From an uncultured Propionibacteriaceae bacterium (GTDB taxonomy: Bacteria; Actinomycetota; Actinomycetes; Propionibacteriales; Propionibacteriaceae), in the NCBI GenBank assembly GCA_945911015.1, contig CAMDZW010000005.1:84832-148831 (forward strand): DNA of 64,000 bases, given 5' to 3'. Under the pieces are notes generated by a model, which ran no database searches, was not told the DNA's origin, and was given only the letters and a program-made list of their open reading frames with translations. A program made the position numbers and the translations under genes. The first letter of the stretch is position 1, and the number at the start of each line of letters is the position of its first letter. Below are positions 18,601-28,200 of the stretch, piece by piece.

Positions 18601-18743
18601 GTTCGATCGGTGTCGTCGAGGACATCCCGGCAGTGGCCAATGGTGTCGAGGTCGGTCAGCTTCGGCTGGTGACCTCGATCCTCAGCCTTGAGTCCGAGGA
18701 AGCGGTCCACATCGACAGTGTGACCGGCTACTGGGAGCACTGA
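15654..18743 (+). CDS. Tat-signal secreted DUF4838-like glycoside-hydrolase-related protein with an N-terminal CBM-like module
   Basis: The twin-arginine signal is MTTRRRLFGATALAAAPL. The CBM-like segment reads IEIEAESGVLSGPMQVVSGDEDASGGAFV...LEEGTHQIRF. The motif GGSEWGIRYGVYELLERELGVAWLLPG resembles the conserved N-terminal motif of DUF4838 proteins. The protein is 1029 aa. Confidence 0.65.
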   Translation: MTQSSSTPASSYGPPSVMTTRRRLFGATALAAAPLTVPGLSPRKSHAADPTDPGTTVVKGNQAQAVVVLPPGYEPTRDISPIEIEAESGVLSGPMQVVSGDEDASGGAFVHAPPGTPTGSGSLTIEFEIDIAASYGFEMLGWGLSGTSDSWSVQIDDGPTATWHMGNDHSGWRWASITDRPASVDEAIVVRLEEGTHQIRFTTREAGARLDRLRIAPAPTATQLNHSADQLIEYVERSTGVRLPMASASDDLTHVPAGRIHLGWTGPDADVEVEQAAAGIDVDGFVLSSKDGVISIVGGSEWGIRYGVYELLERELGVAWLLPGPDGDDVPVRQEWIVENQLDVQEPSFRSRTMPYLFDTNEPHARDWASDDPQVIWATRQRTHSRITNGGNHNLFNVFPPSVYADPTKPTYRPEIFPIIDGQVKIPAPNSGGYGGWQPRFDIELTVDIAVAYIRDYFEQNPDEPLLSLAVNDRAGYSETDFEGDLLNSIGHRSASKSYYAWVNKVVTRALDGHSELTGKIFPVLAYDSVIDPPEFDIHPNVVPMITKEAHAWADRGGVGRAHFSGLFDDWGERATTLALYDYCSGHRYVAPRMITPVLQEAYRYGYSKGMRYSYADMTPAPVGEGPKTWTYGKMMWNLDADIPALTREWCDRVVGPAGGESLFAFYQLWEDFWDGPVQDTAFWQFNQPRKYFHFQIYDYLGMVTPEMAQRARSLLNAAAAAADTPARQARAALLLDSYSFYDAGIQSYPRIVAAPTSTREALVNVRAMQAETTARVAKASERLVIKERHDTDPLLDQRWDHYRYNQVWTGYSASDFWNLHDYLVSEEPDGGPVTIMLRNQVRHGSSDDPAVRMAAFILRAAAGEIAPVDINGDFAIGGDDAPPWRFSGVMHRADGVGVDGSAGIVVPPTPDIPVPNRESSMILPIPARTGLFAFRMRYRSTVPNPDMGIASVKVHLWTASGSNITNFAQPMRLLADTGDQWGSIGVVEDIPAVANGVEVGQLRLVTSILSLESEEAVHIDSVTGYWEH

Positions 18744-18766
18744 TCATGCGTGGTTGTGCTGTCGGC

Positions 18767-20872
18767 TCACGGCGCAACCAGCGGCGGATGCAGATCCTTC
18801 ATGGCAAACCGGCGGCGCCCACTCACCACCACGGTGGTCAGGGCCAAGGTGACTACGGTGATCGCGGCCAGGATGGCGACGTCGCGGGCGAGGTGCGGCA
18901 TCCAGCCTCCGGAGATGGTGACCCGGAAGGCATCGATCAGGTAGGTCATCGGCATGAAGGGGCCGATCGCGGCAAAGAACTGTGGCAGCACGGGGCCGGG
19001 GTAGGTGCCGCCGGCAGAGGCGAGCTGCAGGATCAGCCACACCAGCAGCAGTGATGATCCCGGTGTGCCGAGCGCAGTGCGCAGGAAGTGGGCGATGGCC
19101 GAGAAACAGAGCGCGCCCAGAACGGTCACGCCCAAGAAGGCCGGCGCGTGGACCGGGTCCAGGCCCAGGGTGAGCCACACCGTACCGACCATGATCAGCC
19201 CGCCCAGCACGGCGAGACCGGCAATGGGGAGCCAGGCGGTGAACGCCATCCGCAGCGGGGAGGTGCGACCGGCCAAGGTCCGGCCGGTGATTGGTCGCAC
19301 CACCAAGAAGACCGAGATGCCGAACACCCACAAGGCGATCGCGAAGAACATCGGAGCCAAGCCTCGCCCGTAGTAGTCCGCCGGGTTGTCAACGGTGGCG
19401 TCGACATCGGCCGGTGAGCTGAGCACCTGGACTGCGCGGTCCTCGTCGCTGGCGCTGAACACCGGGATCCGGTCGACACCGTCGGCCAGTCCGTCACGCA
19501 ACGTGGTGGCGCCCTCGCGGAGTTGGGCGAGCCCGGTGTGGAGAGACGAGGCGCCGTCGGACAGTTCACCGATTCCGTCGGAGAGCTCGTCGGCGCCCGA
19601 CGACAGAGTGTCCAGCCCGGTGCTGAGCTGGTTGGCGCCCTGGTGAGCACTCGTCAGTCCGGTGTGGAGCTGCTTCGCTCCGTCAGCGACCTGATGGGCG
19701 CCGTCATTGAGTTGGTTGAGATCAGACTTGGCTTGGGTCACCTTCTCGGCCAATCCCTGTGTCTGTTGGATCCTGGCATCGAGTGCATCGATCCGCTCGG
19801 AGATCTGCTTGGCTCGGTCGGCCACCTCACCCGTACGGTCTGAGGCCTGATCCAGCCGCTTCTTGAGTGCCGCCCAGTTGGGATCGTCAGCCAGATCAGG
19901 GTTGTCCTTCTCGAGCGAGGTGACCAGATCCTGCAGTGCGGAGACATCGGAGCTGAGCGAGTCAGTGCGGCCGGCGATCAGATCTGCGATGCGGGCGGCT
20001 TCGGCCGAGACCTTCTTGGCGTCAGATTCCAGCTGCGGCAGGTGTTTCTGCAGTTCATCGAGGACTGGCAGCACTCCTTGGGTGAGCTTGCTGGTCCCGT
20101 CCGCCACCTGTTGGGCGCCATCGGCCAGGTCGCCGGCACCGGACTCCAGCTCGCCCAGACCAGAGTTCAACTGGCGACTCGCGTCCCGGGCCTGCTTGGC
20201 GCCGTCAGCCAGCTCCTGTGCGCCCTGGTCGGCGGACTTGGCGCCATCGGCCAGGTCCGATGATCCCTTCTCGGCAGTGTCGAGACCGTCGCTGAGCTGA
20301 CCGGCGCCGTCCCTGGCCTCGACCAGCGAGTCCCTGATGACTGCCAGGTTGCCCAGCACGGCGCGGAAGTAGGCCTCCTGGGCGGATTCGTCGATCTGTC
20401 GGACGATGGTGTCCTCGGCCTTGCCGGTGATCGAGCCGATCACGAAACCATTGGCGTCGTCGCGCCGCAACGACACCACGGCGCGTTGCGGATCATCGCC
20501 GGCCCCACTGACCAGGTTGGTGGAGAAGTCGGGTCCGATGGTGAGGATCATGTAGTACTGGCCGGTCCGCAAGCCGCGGTCAGCGGTCTCGGCATCCACG
20601 AACTGCCAGTCGAACGTGCGGTTCCGGTCCAAGTTCTCGACCAGGTCCTCGCCGGCGGCGATCCGTTCACCCTCGAAGGAGGCCGGTTCGTCCTCATTGA
20701 CCACGGCCACCTGGAGCTTGTCGAGGTTGCCGTACGGATCCCAACTTGCCGTCAGGTAGATCGCTCCGTACAGCAACGGGACCAGGACGACGAAGATCAG
20801 CGCGAGGCGAGGCAGGGGACCACGGAAGCGGCGCAACTCGTAGCGGGCGAGTCGGGTGGCGGCAAATGGCAT
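18767..20872 (-). CDS. YhgE/Pip-domain membrane protein (ABC-2-type permease-like) with a long coiled-coil repeat ectodomain
   Basis: One N-terminal TM is followed by ~350 aa of L..G...L..G-type repeats (DLADGAKSADQGAQELADGAKQ..., QLNDGAHQVADGAKQLHTGL...). A C-terminal bundle of ~5 TM helices follows. Its start overlaps the upstream ATPase stop by 1 nt. Confidence 0.8.
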   Translation of the reverse strand: MPFAATRLARYELRRFRGPLPRLALIFVVLVPLLYGAIYLTASWDPYGNLDKLQVAVVNEDEPASFEGERIAAGEDLVENLDRNRTFDWQFVDAETADRGLRTGQYYMILTIGPDFSTNLVSGAGDDPQRAVVSLRRDDANGFVIGSITGKAEDTIVRQIDESAQEAYFRAVLGNLAVIRDSLVEARDGAGQLSDGLDTAEKGSSDLADGAKSADQGAQELADGAKQARDASRQLNSGLGELESGAGDLADGAQQVADGTSKLTQGVLPVLDELQKHLPQLESDAKKVSAEAARIADLIAGRTDSLSSDVSALQDLVTSLEKDNPDLADDPNWAALKKRLDQASDRTGEVADRAKQISERIDALDARIQQTQGLAEKVTQAKSDLNQLNDGAHQVADGAKQLHTGLTSAHQGANQLSTGLDTLSSGADELSDGIGELSDGASSLHTGLAQLREGATTLRDGLADGVDRIPVFSASDEDRAVQVLSSPADVDATVDNPADYYGRGLAPMFFAIALWVFGISVFLVVRPITGRTLAGRTSPLRMAFTAWLPIAGLAVLGGLIMVGTVWLTLGLDPVHAPAFLGVTVLGALCFSAIAHFLRTALGTPGSSLLLVWLILQLASAGGTYPGPVLPQFFAAIGPFMPMTYLIDAFRVTISGGWMPHLARDVAILAAITVVTLALTTVVVSGRRRFAMKDLHPPLVAP

Positions 20873-21669
20873 CAGGAGTCCTGATCGACGGTGGGGGACA
20901 GGGGGATGATGACGGTGTCGTCCGGGATGCCACGCAGATCGCAGGTGCTGGCGACGATGGTGGCGTGCTCGGTTGCAGCAAGGGTGTTGAGGATCTGGTG
21001 GACCTCGGCCTGGCCGTCGGTGTCGAGACCGGCATCGGTGTCATCGATGACGACCAGACGTGCCGGCCGCACCAGCGCCAGGATCGCCGCCAGCAGTGTC
21101 TGGTCCCGGGCCGACAGTGAGCCGACCAGAGCGGACTGGTCGAACCGGGTGCCCGCGGTGTGGGAAAGGGATTCGAAGCGATGATGCCCGGTCGCGGTCG
21201 GCAGGTGGTCAGTCAGACACCGTTCGGTGAGCGACTCACCGACGGTCAGGTTCGGGTCGAGGTCGACCAGGCCCGAGATGCGGGCGATCGAGCTGTCACG
21301 GCGGTGCTTCCGCGATGCCTTCCACCGGTCGAGGTGCCGCATCGCGGTCGGGGCATCGGTGAAGTCTGCCGTACCCGTGGTGCCGCGCATCCGGCCGGCC
21401 AGCGCCAGCAGCAGACTGGACCTGCCGCTGCCGGACGGACCATGGAGAGCCACCAGCGCATGGGAGGGGAGGGTGGTGGTCACCGGACCGAAGACCGGGT
21501 GCCCGTGGTGGCCGAGCCTGAGGTCGCGGACCTCCATCAACGGCGGGTGCTGTACGGGGTCAGGTTCGGCTGTGACCTCTGCCGCGGCATGGCGAGGCGT
21601 CGCCTCCTCGGTGGCCGCATCGATCGGCTCGGTGAGATCGTCGATGTCGTCGGGGGTGGGAGAAGTCAC
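20872..21669 (-). CDS. ABC-type nucleotide-binding-domain protein with degenerate catalytic motifs
   Basis: This is an NBD layout with several substitutions. Walker A is GPSGSGRSS (Arg in place of the invariant Lys, codon 21423-21421). The signature is LSARDQ instead of LSGGQ. Walker B is LVVIDDTD, with no catalytic Glu. The H-loop position reads STCD. The GTG start overlaps the TetR stop (GTGA). Confidence 0.75.
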   Translation of the reverse strand: MTSPTPDDIDDLTEPIDAATEEATPRHAAAEVTAEPDPVQHPPLMEVRDLRLGHHGHPVFGPVTTTLPSHALVALHGPSGSGRSSLLLALAGRMRGTTGTADFTDAPTAMRHLDRWKASRKHRRDSSIARISGLVDLDPNLTVGESLTERCLTDHLPTATGHHRFESLSHTAGTRFDQSALVGSLSARDQTLLAAILALVRPARLVVIDDTDAGLDTDGQAEVHQILNTLAATEHATIVASTCDLRGIPDDTVIIPLSPTVDQDS

Positions 21670-22283
21670 GGCAGGAGTCCTCGGATCAGCAGCGACATCG
21701 TGGCGACGAGATCGTCGAGGGGATAGACCGTCGGCGCCGCACGGTGTTCCAGGGCGAGTGCGTTGAGCATCGCCAGCAAGGTGACGGCCAGCGGTCGGTA
21801 GTGGTCCGGGTCGGCGTCAGTGCCGAGCAGGTCAAGGTCGCGCAGTTCGGTGCTGAGACGGGAGAGCTGGTCCTCGCGCAGCGCTGAATAGATGGCGGAG
21901 ATCTCTGCGCTGCGACCGGCCAGACTGCGGAACTCGTCGGTCGCGCATTGGAAGGCGGAGTGCTCCACGACGAGAGCACCCAGATGGAGCGCCGCGTCCG
22001 CGCTGAGTCGACGACCCTGTTGGGTGGTCCTGACCAGATCGGCCAGCAGACGTGACGTGGCCTCGTCGAACTCGATCCGGCAGAACTCGGCAAAGAGCTC
22101 CTCCTTGCTGCCGAAGTTGGAGTAGACCGCCCCTTTGGTGAACCCGGCTGCCGCCGCAATCTCTGCCACCGAGGTGCGTTGGTAACCGTGATCGAGAAAT
22201 GCGTCCTTGGCGGCGCCGAGAATCCTGGTGCGGACCTCGCTGCGCTGGGGCCGCCGGGCCGGTGCGGGGATGACTGTGGCCAC
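21666..22283 (-). CDS. TetR/AcrR-family transcriptional regulator
   Basis: The N-terminal HTH reads RILGAAKDAFLDHGYQRTSVAEIAAAAGFTKGAVYSNFGSKEELF. It is the first gene of a three-gene operon on the minus strand. Confidence 0.85.
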   Translation of the reverse strand: MATVIPAPARRPQRSEVRTRILGAAKDAFLDHGYQRTSVAEIAAAAGFTKGAVYSNFGSKEELFAEFCRIEFDEATSRLLADLVRTTQQGRRLSADAALHLGALVVEHSAFQCATDEFRSLAGRSAEISAIYSALREDQLSRLSTELRDLDLLGTDADPDHYRPLAVTLLAMLNALALEHRAAPTVYPLDDLVATMSLLIRGLLP

Positions 22284-22298
22284 AACTCTCCTCTGTCG

Positions 22299-22327
22299 AT
22301 ACCGTTGGTATTGAATACCCTTGGTAT
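22299..22327. promoter_or_regulatory. Tandem palindromic operator candidates (ATACC-N3-GGTAT, two copies) upstream of the TetR operon
   Basis: The sites are ATACCGTTGGTAT (22299-22311) and ATACCCTTGGTAT (22315-22327). Each is followed by TGA. They begin 16 nt upstream of the TetR start (22283) in a locally AT-rich stretch. Confidence 0.6.
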
Positions 22328-22422
22328 TGAGCCTGTCAAGCCCAGTCCGGGGCCGAGCCCGGCCGGGAGGATTCCGGTGCTGGCGGCCCCCGGTCGGGTG
22401 GGGCAGGCGTAAACTGGAGGCC

Positions 22423-23436
22423 GTGGCAGCATCTCAGGTGGACGTCGCGCGGTTGGCGGGAGTGTCGCCAAGCGCAGTGTCTGCGGTCCTTCGTGACCGC
22501 AAGGGTTCCATCCGCATCAGCGAGGCCACGCGACGCAAGGTTCTCGAAGCGGCTGAGGCGTTGGCCTATGTCCCCAATGTTGCTGCCCAGCGGCTTGCGC
22601 GGGGTCGCTCCGGGCTCATTGGGATCCTGTGTTCGGAACGCGTCCTCCCGTTGGCCGCCACGACCGTCTTCCACGACATCCTCGTCGGTGTCGAGGACGA
22701 GATCCTCAATGCCGGCCTCGGAGTCCTTCTTGCCGAGGCCGGTGCCTCGGCGGCCGCTGCTGCGTCGGGCACCATCACCATGGCCGACGGTGTTCTCATC
22801 ATCGGACCGTACGACGACAAGGACAGGCTCGGGTCGCTGGTCGCCTCCGGGCGACCGACGGTCTCGATCGGCCGGCGAGGTGACGCCACGGCGGCCCACA
22901 TCCGGCAGGTGTCAGCCGACTACGTGACCGCCACCAGGGCCCTGATGGCGCGACTGGTCGAGCTGGGCCACGACGCCATCATGTTCATCCAGACCCATGA
23001 CGAGCCGCCAGGGGATCGTCTGGAGGGTTTTCAGCGGGCCGTCGCCGAGCTCGGTGTTCATCGATCCTCGGTCCTTCAGTTGAGCGACCCACGCGATCCT
23101 CAGGTGACCCAGAAGGTGATGGCCGCCATTGCGGAGCGGTCAGTGACCGCCGTGGTCATCCAGGGCGACGATCTGGCCCCGCAGTTGTGTGAGGCGCTGG
23201 CTGCGGCCGGGCTGATCGTCGGTGAGGACGTCTCGGTGGTGGATCTGCAGGGAACCTCTCCCGCGCTGGGTGACGATCTGGTCCTGGCCCATCTCCGGGT
23301 GCCGCGTGACGAGCTGGGCCGGGCTGCGGTGCGTAAGCTGCTCAAGGTCATCGCCGGTGATGACAACGAAGGGGACGATCTGATCCCTTGTGAGGTGGAC
23401 TTCGGGAACAGTGTGGCGGCGCCACCGGGCCGGTGA
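22423..23436 (+). CDS. LacI-family transcriptional regulator
   Basis: GTG 22423 is preceded by GGAGG (22416-22420). The HTH reads SQVDVARLAGVSPSAVSAVLRD...RRKVLEAAEALAYVPNVAAQRLARG. The longer track ORF from 22321 has no support upstream. Confidence 0.85.
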   Translation: MAASQVDVARLAGVSPSAVSAVLRDRKGSIRISEATRRKVLEAAEALAYVPNVAAQRLARGRSGLIGILCSERVLPLAATTVFHDILVGVEDEILNAGLGVLLAEAGASAAAAASGTITMADGVLIIGPYDDKDRLGSLVASGRPTVSIGRRGDATAAHIRQVSADYVTATRALMARLVELGHDAIMFIQTHDEPPGDRLEGFQRAVAELGVHRSSVLQLSDPRDPQVTQKVMAAIAERSVTAVVIQGDDLAPQLCEALAAAGLIVGEDVSVVDLQGTSPALGDDLVLAHLRVPRDELGRAAVRKLLKVIAGDDNEGDDLIPCEVDFGNSVAAPPGR

Positions 23437-23456
23437 CGCCGCCAAAGGTTGACCGT

Positions 23457-25067
23457 TCAGCCGTCCATGGCGGTTTGGAGTTCCTCGGCAGCCTTGGCTC
23501 CGGCCTTGTCCTCCCAGCGCTGCAGCGCGGTGTCGAATTCGGCGATCGTGTTGCGGCCGTAGTACACGCCGGTGACGATGTCGAGCAGTTCGCGGTTCGC
23601 CGCAGGTAGCCGCTTCTGGACGGTCTCGGTCGTGATGCCCAGGGCCGGATTGGCGATGAGTGTCTTCGACACCCGCGCGTGCCAGGCGTGCTGGACGTCA
23701 ACCTCTTCCTTGGGGCCAGGTCCCAGGATCGTCGGGGAGTCGACGATGTACTGGAGCTCGAGCAGATTGCGCTCGCCGGCATCAGTGAGCTCCCACCCGG
23801 TGTCGGTCCTGACCGAGTCGCTGGACGGCTTTCCGTACTTGCGATGTTGGTGCTCGAGGGTCCCGATGGGGGCGGCAAGGAAGTTGAGGACGTCCACGGC
23901 GGCACGGAGTTTGTCTCCGCTGAGGTTCTTGTTGACGGCAACGACACTGTGGCGCCCACTGCCGCGGATCTGGCCGGAGTCTCCGCCGCCGTCGGCCTTG
24001 GGAGGTACGAGGAAGCCCAACAGGCTGCGCTGTGGCAGGTCGGGGGCCAAGATCTCCCATGCGGCGTACCCGTCGAAGAGCAGAGCCGTGGCGCCGGAGG
24101 TGAAGAAGCCGCGGTTGTCGGCGGTGGTCGCGGTCGTCCCTCCTGGGTGGGTGTAGCCACGTGAGACCAGATCGGCAGTGAGCTCAAGCGCCTCCCGGTA
24201 GGCCGGGTGCTGGTAGGCGCTGATCAACGTGCCGTCGTCGGAGTGGCCCCACTGGTTCAGGCCGCCCATCATGGCGGCGAGCTGGTTGTGCAGCTGCGGC
24301 ACGGTGGACAGGGCCCACCGGTTGTCGTCCGGATTGCTCAGCGCAGCGAGGGTCTCGACGAATTCGTCCAGGTTGCTCGGTTCCGGATTGGCGCCGGTGT
24401 CGTCGAAACGGTCCGTCCGCTTGAACAGTGAACCGCCGGTGGGGGATCGGTGCTGCGGTACCGCACGGAGCGTGCCCTCGGCCACGGATGATCCCCAGGA
24501 GTAGCTGGGGATGTTGGCCAGGAAGGGGAACTCGTCGGCAGCATCCCCGGACAGGAGCGGGGTGAGATCGGCGAACACCGAGGTCAGGACGCGTTCGCGG
24601 TCAGGGAGAGTCGGCGGTAGTGCGACCAGATCAGGCAGGTCGTCGGACGCCACCTGCGCCTGGAACTTCGCGGTGTAGTCGCCCGAGGCGATGCCCTGGA
24701 GCTTGGCCTCGGCCCCGAGGTCGTCCTGGAGCTGCGCCCAGAAGGTGTTCTGTGGCGGTGTCGGGGGCGCTGGGCGGAAGCTGGGATACATCATGGCGAC
24801 CGTCCCCAGGGTCGTCGCCGGAGGCTCGTCGTACGCCGGCGACGGATCGGCGGGGTAGGTGTAGTAGCCCGCCATTGCATCCGCTGTGCCGGGCAGATCA
24901 GGGGTGACGACCTCGGCCGGGCGATAGGTTGGTAGCAGGTCGGTTTCGGTTGAATCGGGACCGCTCGACGTATCGCGTGGAGTGCCCGGGGTGCTCCTGC
25001 AGCCGGCCAGCGCCGCTGTGGCAGCCAGACCCAGTACTCCACGTCGAGAAACTTCTCGAACGCTCAT
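23457..25067 (-). CDS. Extracellular solute-binding lipoprotein, Tat signal, copy 2 of 3
   Basis: An internal ATG at 25067 (alternative 25088) gives MSVREVSRRGVLGLAATAALAGC, a twin-arginine motif plus lipobox. It is paralogous to SBP-1 and SBP-3 and divergent from the lyase gene at 25228. Confidence 0.8.
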   Translation of the reverse strand: MSVREVSRRGVLGLAATAALAGCRSTPGTPRDTSSGPDSTETDLLPTYRPAEVVTPDLPGTADAMAGYYTYPADPSPAYDEPPATTLGTVAMMYPSFRPAPPTPPQNTFWAQLQDDLGAEAKLQGIASGDYTAKFQAQVASDDLPDLVALPPTLPDRERVLTSVFADLTPLLSGDAADEFPFLANIPSYSWGSSVAEGTLRAVPQHRSPTGGSLFKRTDRFDDTGANPEPSNLDEFVETLAALSNPDDNRWALSTVPQLHNQLAAMMGGLNQWGHSDDGTLISAYQHPAYREALELTADLVSRGYTHPGGTTATTADNRGFFTSGATALLFDGYAAWEILAPDLPQRSLLGFLVPPKADGGGDSGQIRGSGRHSVVAVNKNLSGDKLRAAVDVLNFLAAPIGTLEHQHRKYGKPSSDSVRTDTGWELTDAGERNLLELQYIVDSPTILGPGPKEEVDVQHAWHARVSKTLIANPALGITTETVQKRLPAANRELLDIVTGVYYGRNTIAEFDTALQRWEDKAGAKAAEELQTAMDG

Positions 25068-25227
25068 CCTTGAGTGATCATGCGTCATACGTGCAGCGTA
25101 GCATGTACTGCGCTTGATCATTGACAATCGCAGAGCTCGTGCAGCAGACTCGCGGTTGGCCGCAGCGATCGCGGTCCGGTCCGCACCGGCCGTCCCCGAC
25201 GGGCGGCCCACCCACTTGGGAGATTCA

Positions 25228-28200
25228 ATGAAGCGTCGTTCCTTTCTCGTCGCGGCTTCGGCCGCCACTGCCGCGGCAGGTCTGCTGCGACCACCGGCTG
25301 CAGCTCATGCCGTCCCGAGCGGGCCGCAGTTCGAGCTGGACCACCCAGAGGTCAGCACTCGCACCGACCTGGCCTTCACCGCGACCCCAGCAGACGGCAT
25401 CACCGTTGACACCCCGCTCAGCGATCCGCGATGGGCCGGCCCGGTCAGCGAGCACACCACCAGCTTCTTTGACTTTGCCGTGACCGATCCGGTGGCGACG
25501 CAGGTCGTGCACACCGACAGCGAGCTGCTCATCGGGTTGACGGTTTCTGGGGAAGCGGCGAAGACAGCCACCTATGCCAGTTGCCTGATTCGCGGCGAGA
25601 CCGGCGGCTTCCGCAGCCTCACCGTCCCCCTCGCCGAGGCGACGGTCCCGTTCACCCACCAGTGGGGTGGCACGGTTCGACCGGTCGTCGATCCCGCCCA
25701 CCGGGTCGAGGTCGGGGACGACCTGATCACCTGCGCCGTCGCCGTACCGTTGGCCGACCTCTCGATCACCGGTGACCCGGCGGGCCAGGCCGTACGACTC
25801 AACGTGGTCATCGACCACAACGACATGTCCGCACCGGCGACCAGCGTCGCACCCCCGTACGAACCTCCAGCAACTGGTACACCGGTGGCGATGCGGCCCC
25901 GGTCCGTACCCACATCGTCGACGAGGACCGCGCCGCTCTGGTCTTCCTGACCGCTCCGCCGACGGCGTCGGGCTCGTCCGCTCCGACCGCGCTCTCGGCC
26001 ATGGAGGCGGCGACGCTGGAGTATCTGAGCTTTGCGCGCAAACGCCTCCACTGGCAGCACCCGGACCACACCCGGGTCGACGAGTTCGAGCTGTGGTGGC
26101 ACAGCCCACACCAGCCTGCGGTGCAGGTCGAGGCCGAGGTGGACGCCGCACGTTGGTTCAGTGCGGAGTTCGACCATCCGGCACCGTTGGCGCCGGGCCT
26201 GTACGCGATCGAGGTCGTGAGCCGCTGTCGGACCGGTGTCGACATCCAGAGCCTGGTCACCTTTGACCGTGACTCGCTGATCACCGCCGGCGACCAGCTT
26301 CCCGGAAATCGACCGGTGCCGCCGGTCCCGGAGGAGTCTGTGGCTCCCGCACCAGCCAGCGCCGAGGCCCAGAAACTGATTGACCTGGTTCCCGAACAAG
26401 CAGGCCTGCGCTACTGCGGCGTCCCCGAAACCCCCGACCAGCGGCCGGACCACCTGTTCACCTGGTCGATCGACGATCCGGACACATTGGTCGCGACATC
26501 CACTGGCACGGTCTATCCGCATCCCGACTACCCGGAGGACAACAGCGTCACCGTCAAGAACAAACTCGGTGAGGATGTGACCTTCACCTGGTACGAGGAC
26601 GACGCCGGTCACCGCTACTTCTTCGACGCCCATCTGCGTCATCACCGGCGGGAGCACCTCTATCTGGCTCTCGAGAAGTTCGCCGACCAGGACCCGTTGG
26701 GCGCCGCCCGGGTCGTGCATCGGTTCGCGGAGGTGTATCCACACTGGGTCACCACCAACGAGTACCCGGGGTTCAACCGACCGGTCGATGCCCGGTCGAC
26801 GCCACGGCACTACTACTGGGGCGGTTCCATGACGAACTGGACGGCTTCGGACCCGCGAGGGATCACCGGACTGGCCCGAGCACTGCGCAAGGTGGTGCGT
26901 ACTGATGCGTTGGATGTGCTCTCCGACGAACTCGGCGTGGACGTCAAGGCGATGATTGTGGACGACCTGATCGGTCCCGCTCTGGACTTTCGCCGTTCCC
27001 TTCCCACCTCGTACGGCAATCAGGACGCAGCCAGCTACAACGGCTACGCGATGTCCTCGTGGGTGCTCGGGGATTCCAGCCTGGTCCATGAGGTGGTCGA
27101 GTGGGGCCGCGAGTACGGCCGCCACAGCTTCCTGTTCGACGGGTTCTGGCGCGAGGTCACACTGCACTACCATCGCGAAGCCTCCAAGCTCCCGATGATC
27201 GTCGCCGACACCGTTGCGGGATGGAGCGATCCGGACGGGTACGAGTCCCCCCGCACCGGCGATCGATTCGACAACCTGGACATGGCCGCCGAACTCGAGA
27301 TCATCCAACGGGGACTGAAGATCCCATCGATCTGGGTCTATCCGGACGGGCACCTGCTGCCCTTGGCCGATGCGTGGGCCTCGGCGACCGAGTCCGATCC
27401 CGATCACACCATCGGGTCGACCCTGCTCAGCGCCAGTAAGGTGCAGCGATTGTCGCGAGGATCGGCACTGCCGGCCGATGATGACGACGGGTTCGCCCTG
27501 CCCTTCGTGGATCTCGTGATCGAGTCCCAGACCGTGCCCGTGGTCACCATCCCCGGGGGCAACCAGACCCAGGAACTCAAGGCCGACACCTCAGGTGAGG
27601 AAGTCACCTGGGCCTTCGAGGTGGCTGCCGAACGGGACTACGACATCGAGATCACCCCGGTCCACGTCTACTACTACGGCATCTACGAGATCCTCGTTGA
27701 CGGGATCGCCCACGGCAGCCATGACTTCTACGGCCCCAGCCCTGCGGTGGCGACGCCGTTCACGGTGGCACGGCTCACCCTGACCGCCGGCCAGCACACC
27801 TTGACCTTCCGCAACATCGGACGGGGCAAGGAGGCGACCGGCTACAAGATGGGCGTCACCACACTGACGGTGCGGGACGTGGCAGCAGCGCCGAATCCCT
27901 CGCAGGTCAACCTGACCGCTGCCCCGCAGTACGGCAATCACGCCCACTCCGATGCGCTGAGCCTGACGCTGTGGGCCGAGGGGCAGGAGCTCCTCCCAGA
28001 CATCGGATACACCCACACCCGCTTCTCCACCTGGGGAAAGTCCACTCTCGCGCACAACACGGTGAGCGTCGACAGTGCCAACCTTGACCGTGAGTCAGCG
28101 ATGGATGGCGGCTCGGTGAGCATCTTCGACGATGCCGACCCGGGCGTGCAGGTGATGCGCGCCGATTACACCACTGCCTACCCGCAGACCAGCCGGTACG

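Noticed and set aside
18767-20872. YhgE/Pip protein acting as an EsaA-like component of the nearby T7SS
   Set aside because: EsaA-type YhgE/Pip proteins belong to the firmicute T7SSb. This locus is an Ecc-type T7SSa. The gene lies 8.6 kb away across unrelated genes and belongs to its own tightly coupled TetR-controlled operon.
25075-25130. Possible operator formed by the TGATCATGCG ... CGCTTGATCA inverted repeat in the SBP-2 / lyase divergent region
   Set aside because: The arms match 9 of 10 positions but are separated by 36 nt, and the left arm overlaps the alternative SBP-2 start codon. The evidence is too weak to call a regulatory site.
25845-25865. Programmed -1 ribosomal frameshift in the lyase gene
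   Set aside because: No X XXY YYZ slippery heptamer or obvious downstream pseudoknot is present. A 1-nt indel in the C5 homopolymer is the more parsimonious explanation, though it cannot be excluded without reads or proteomics.
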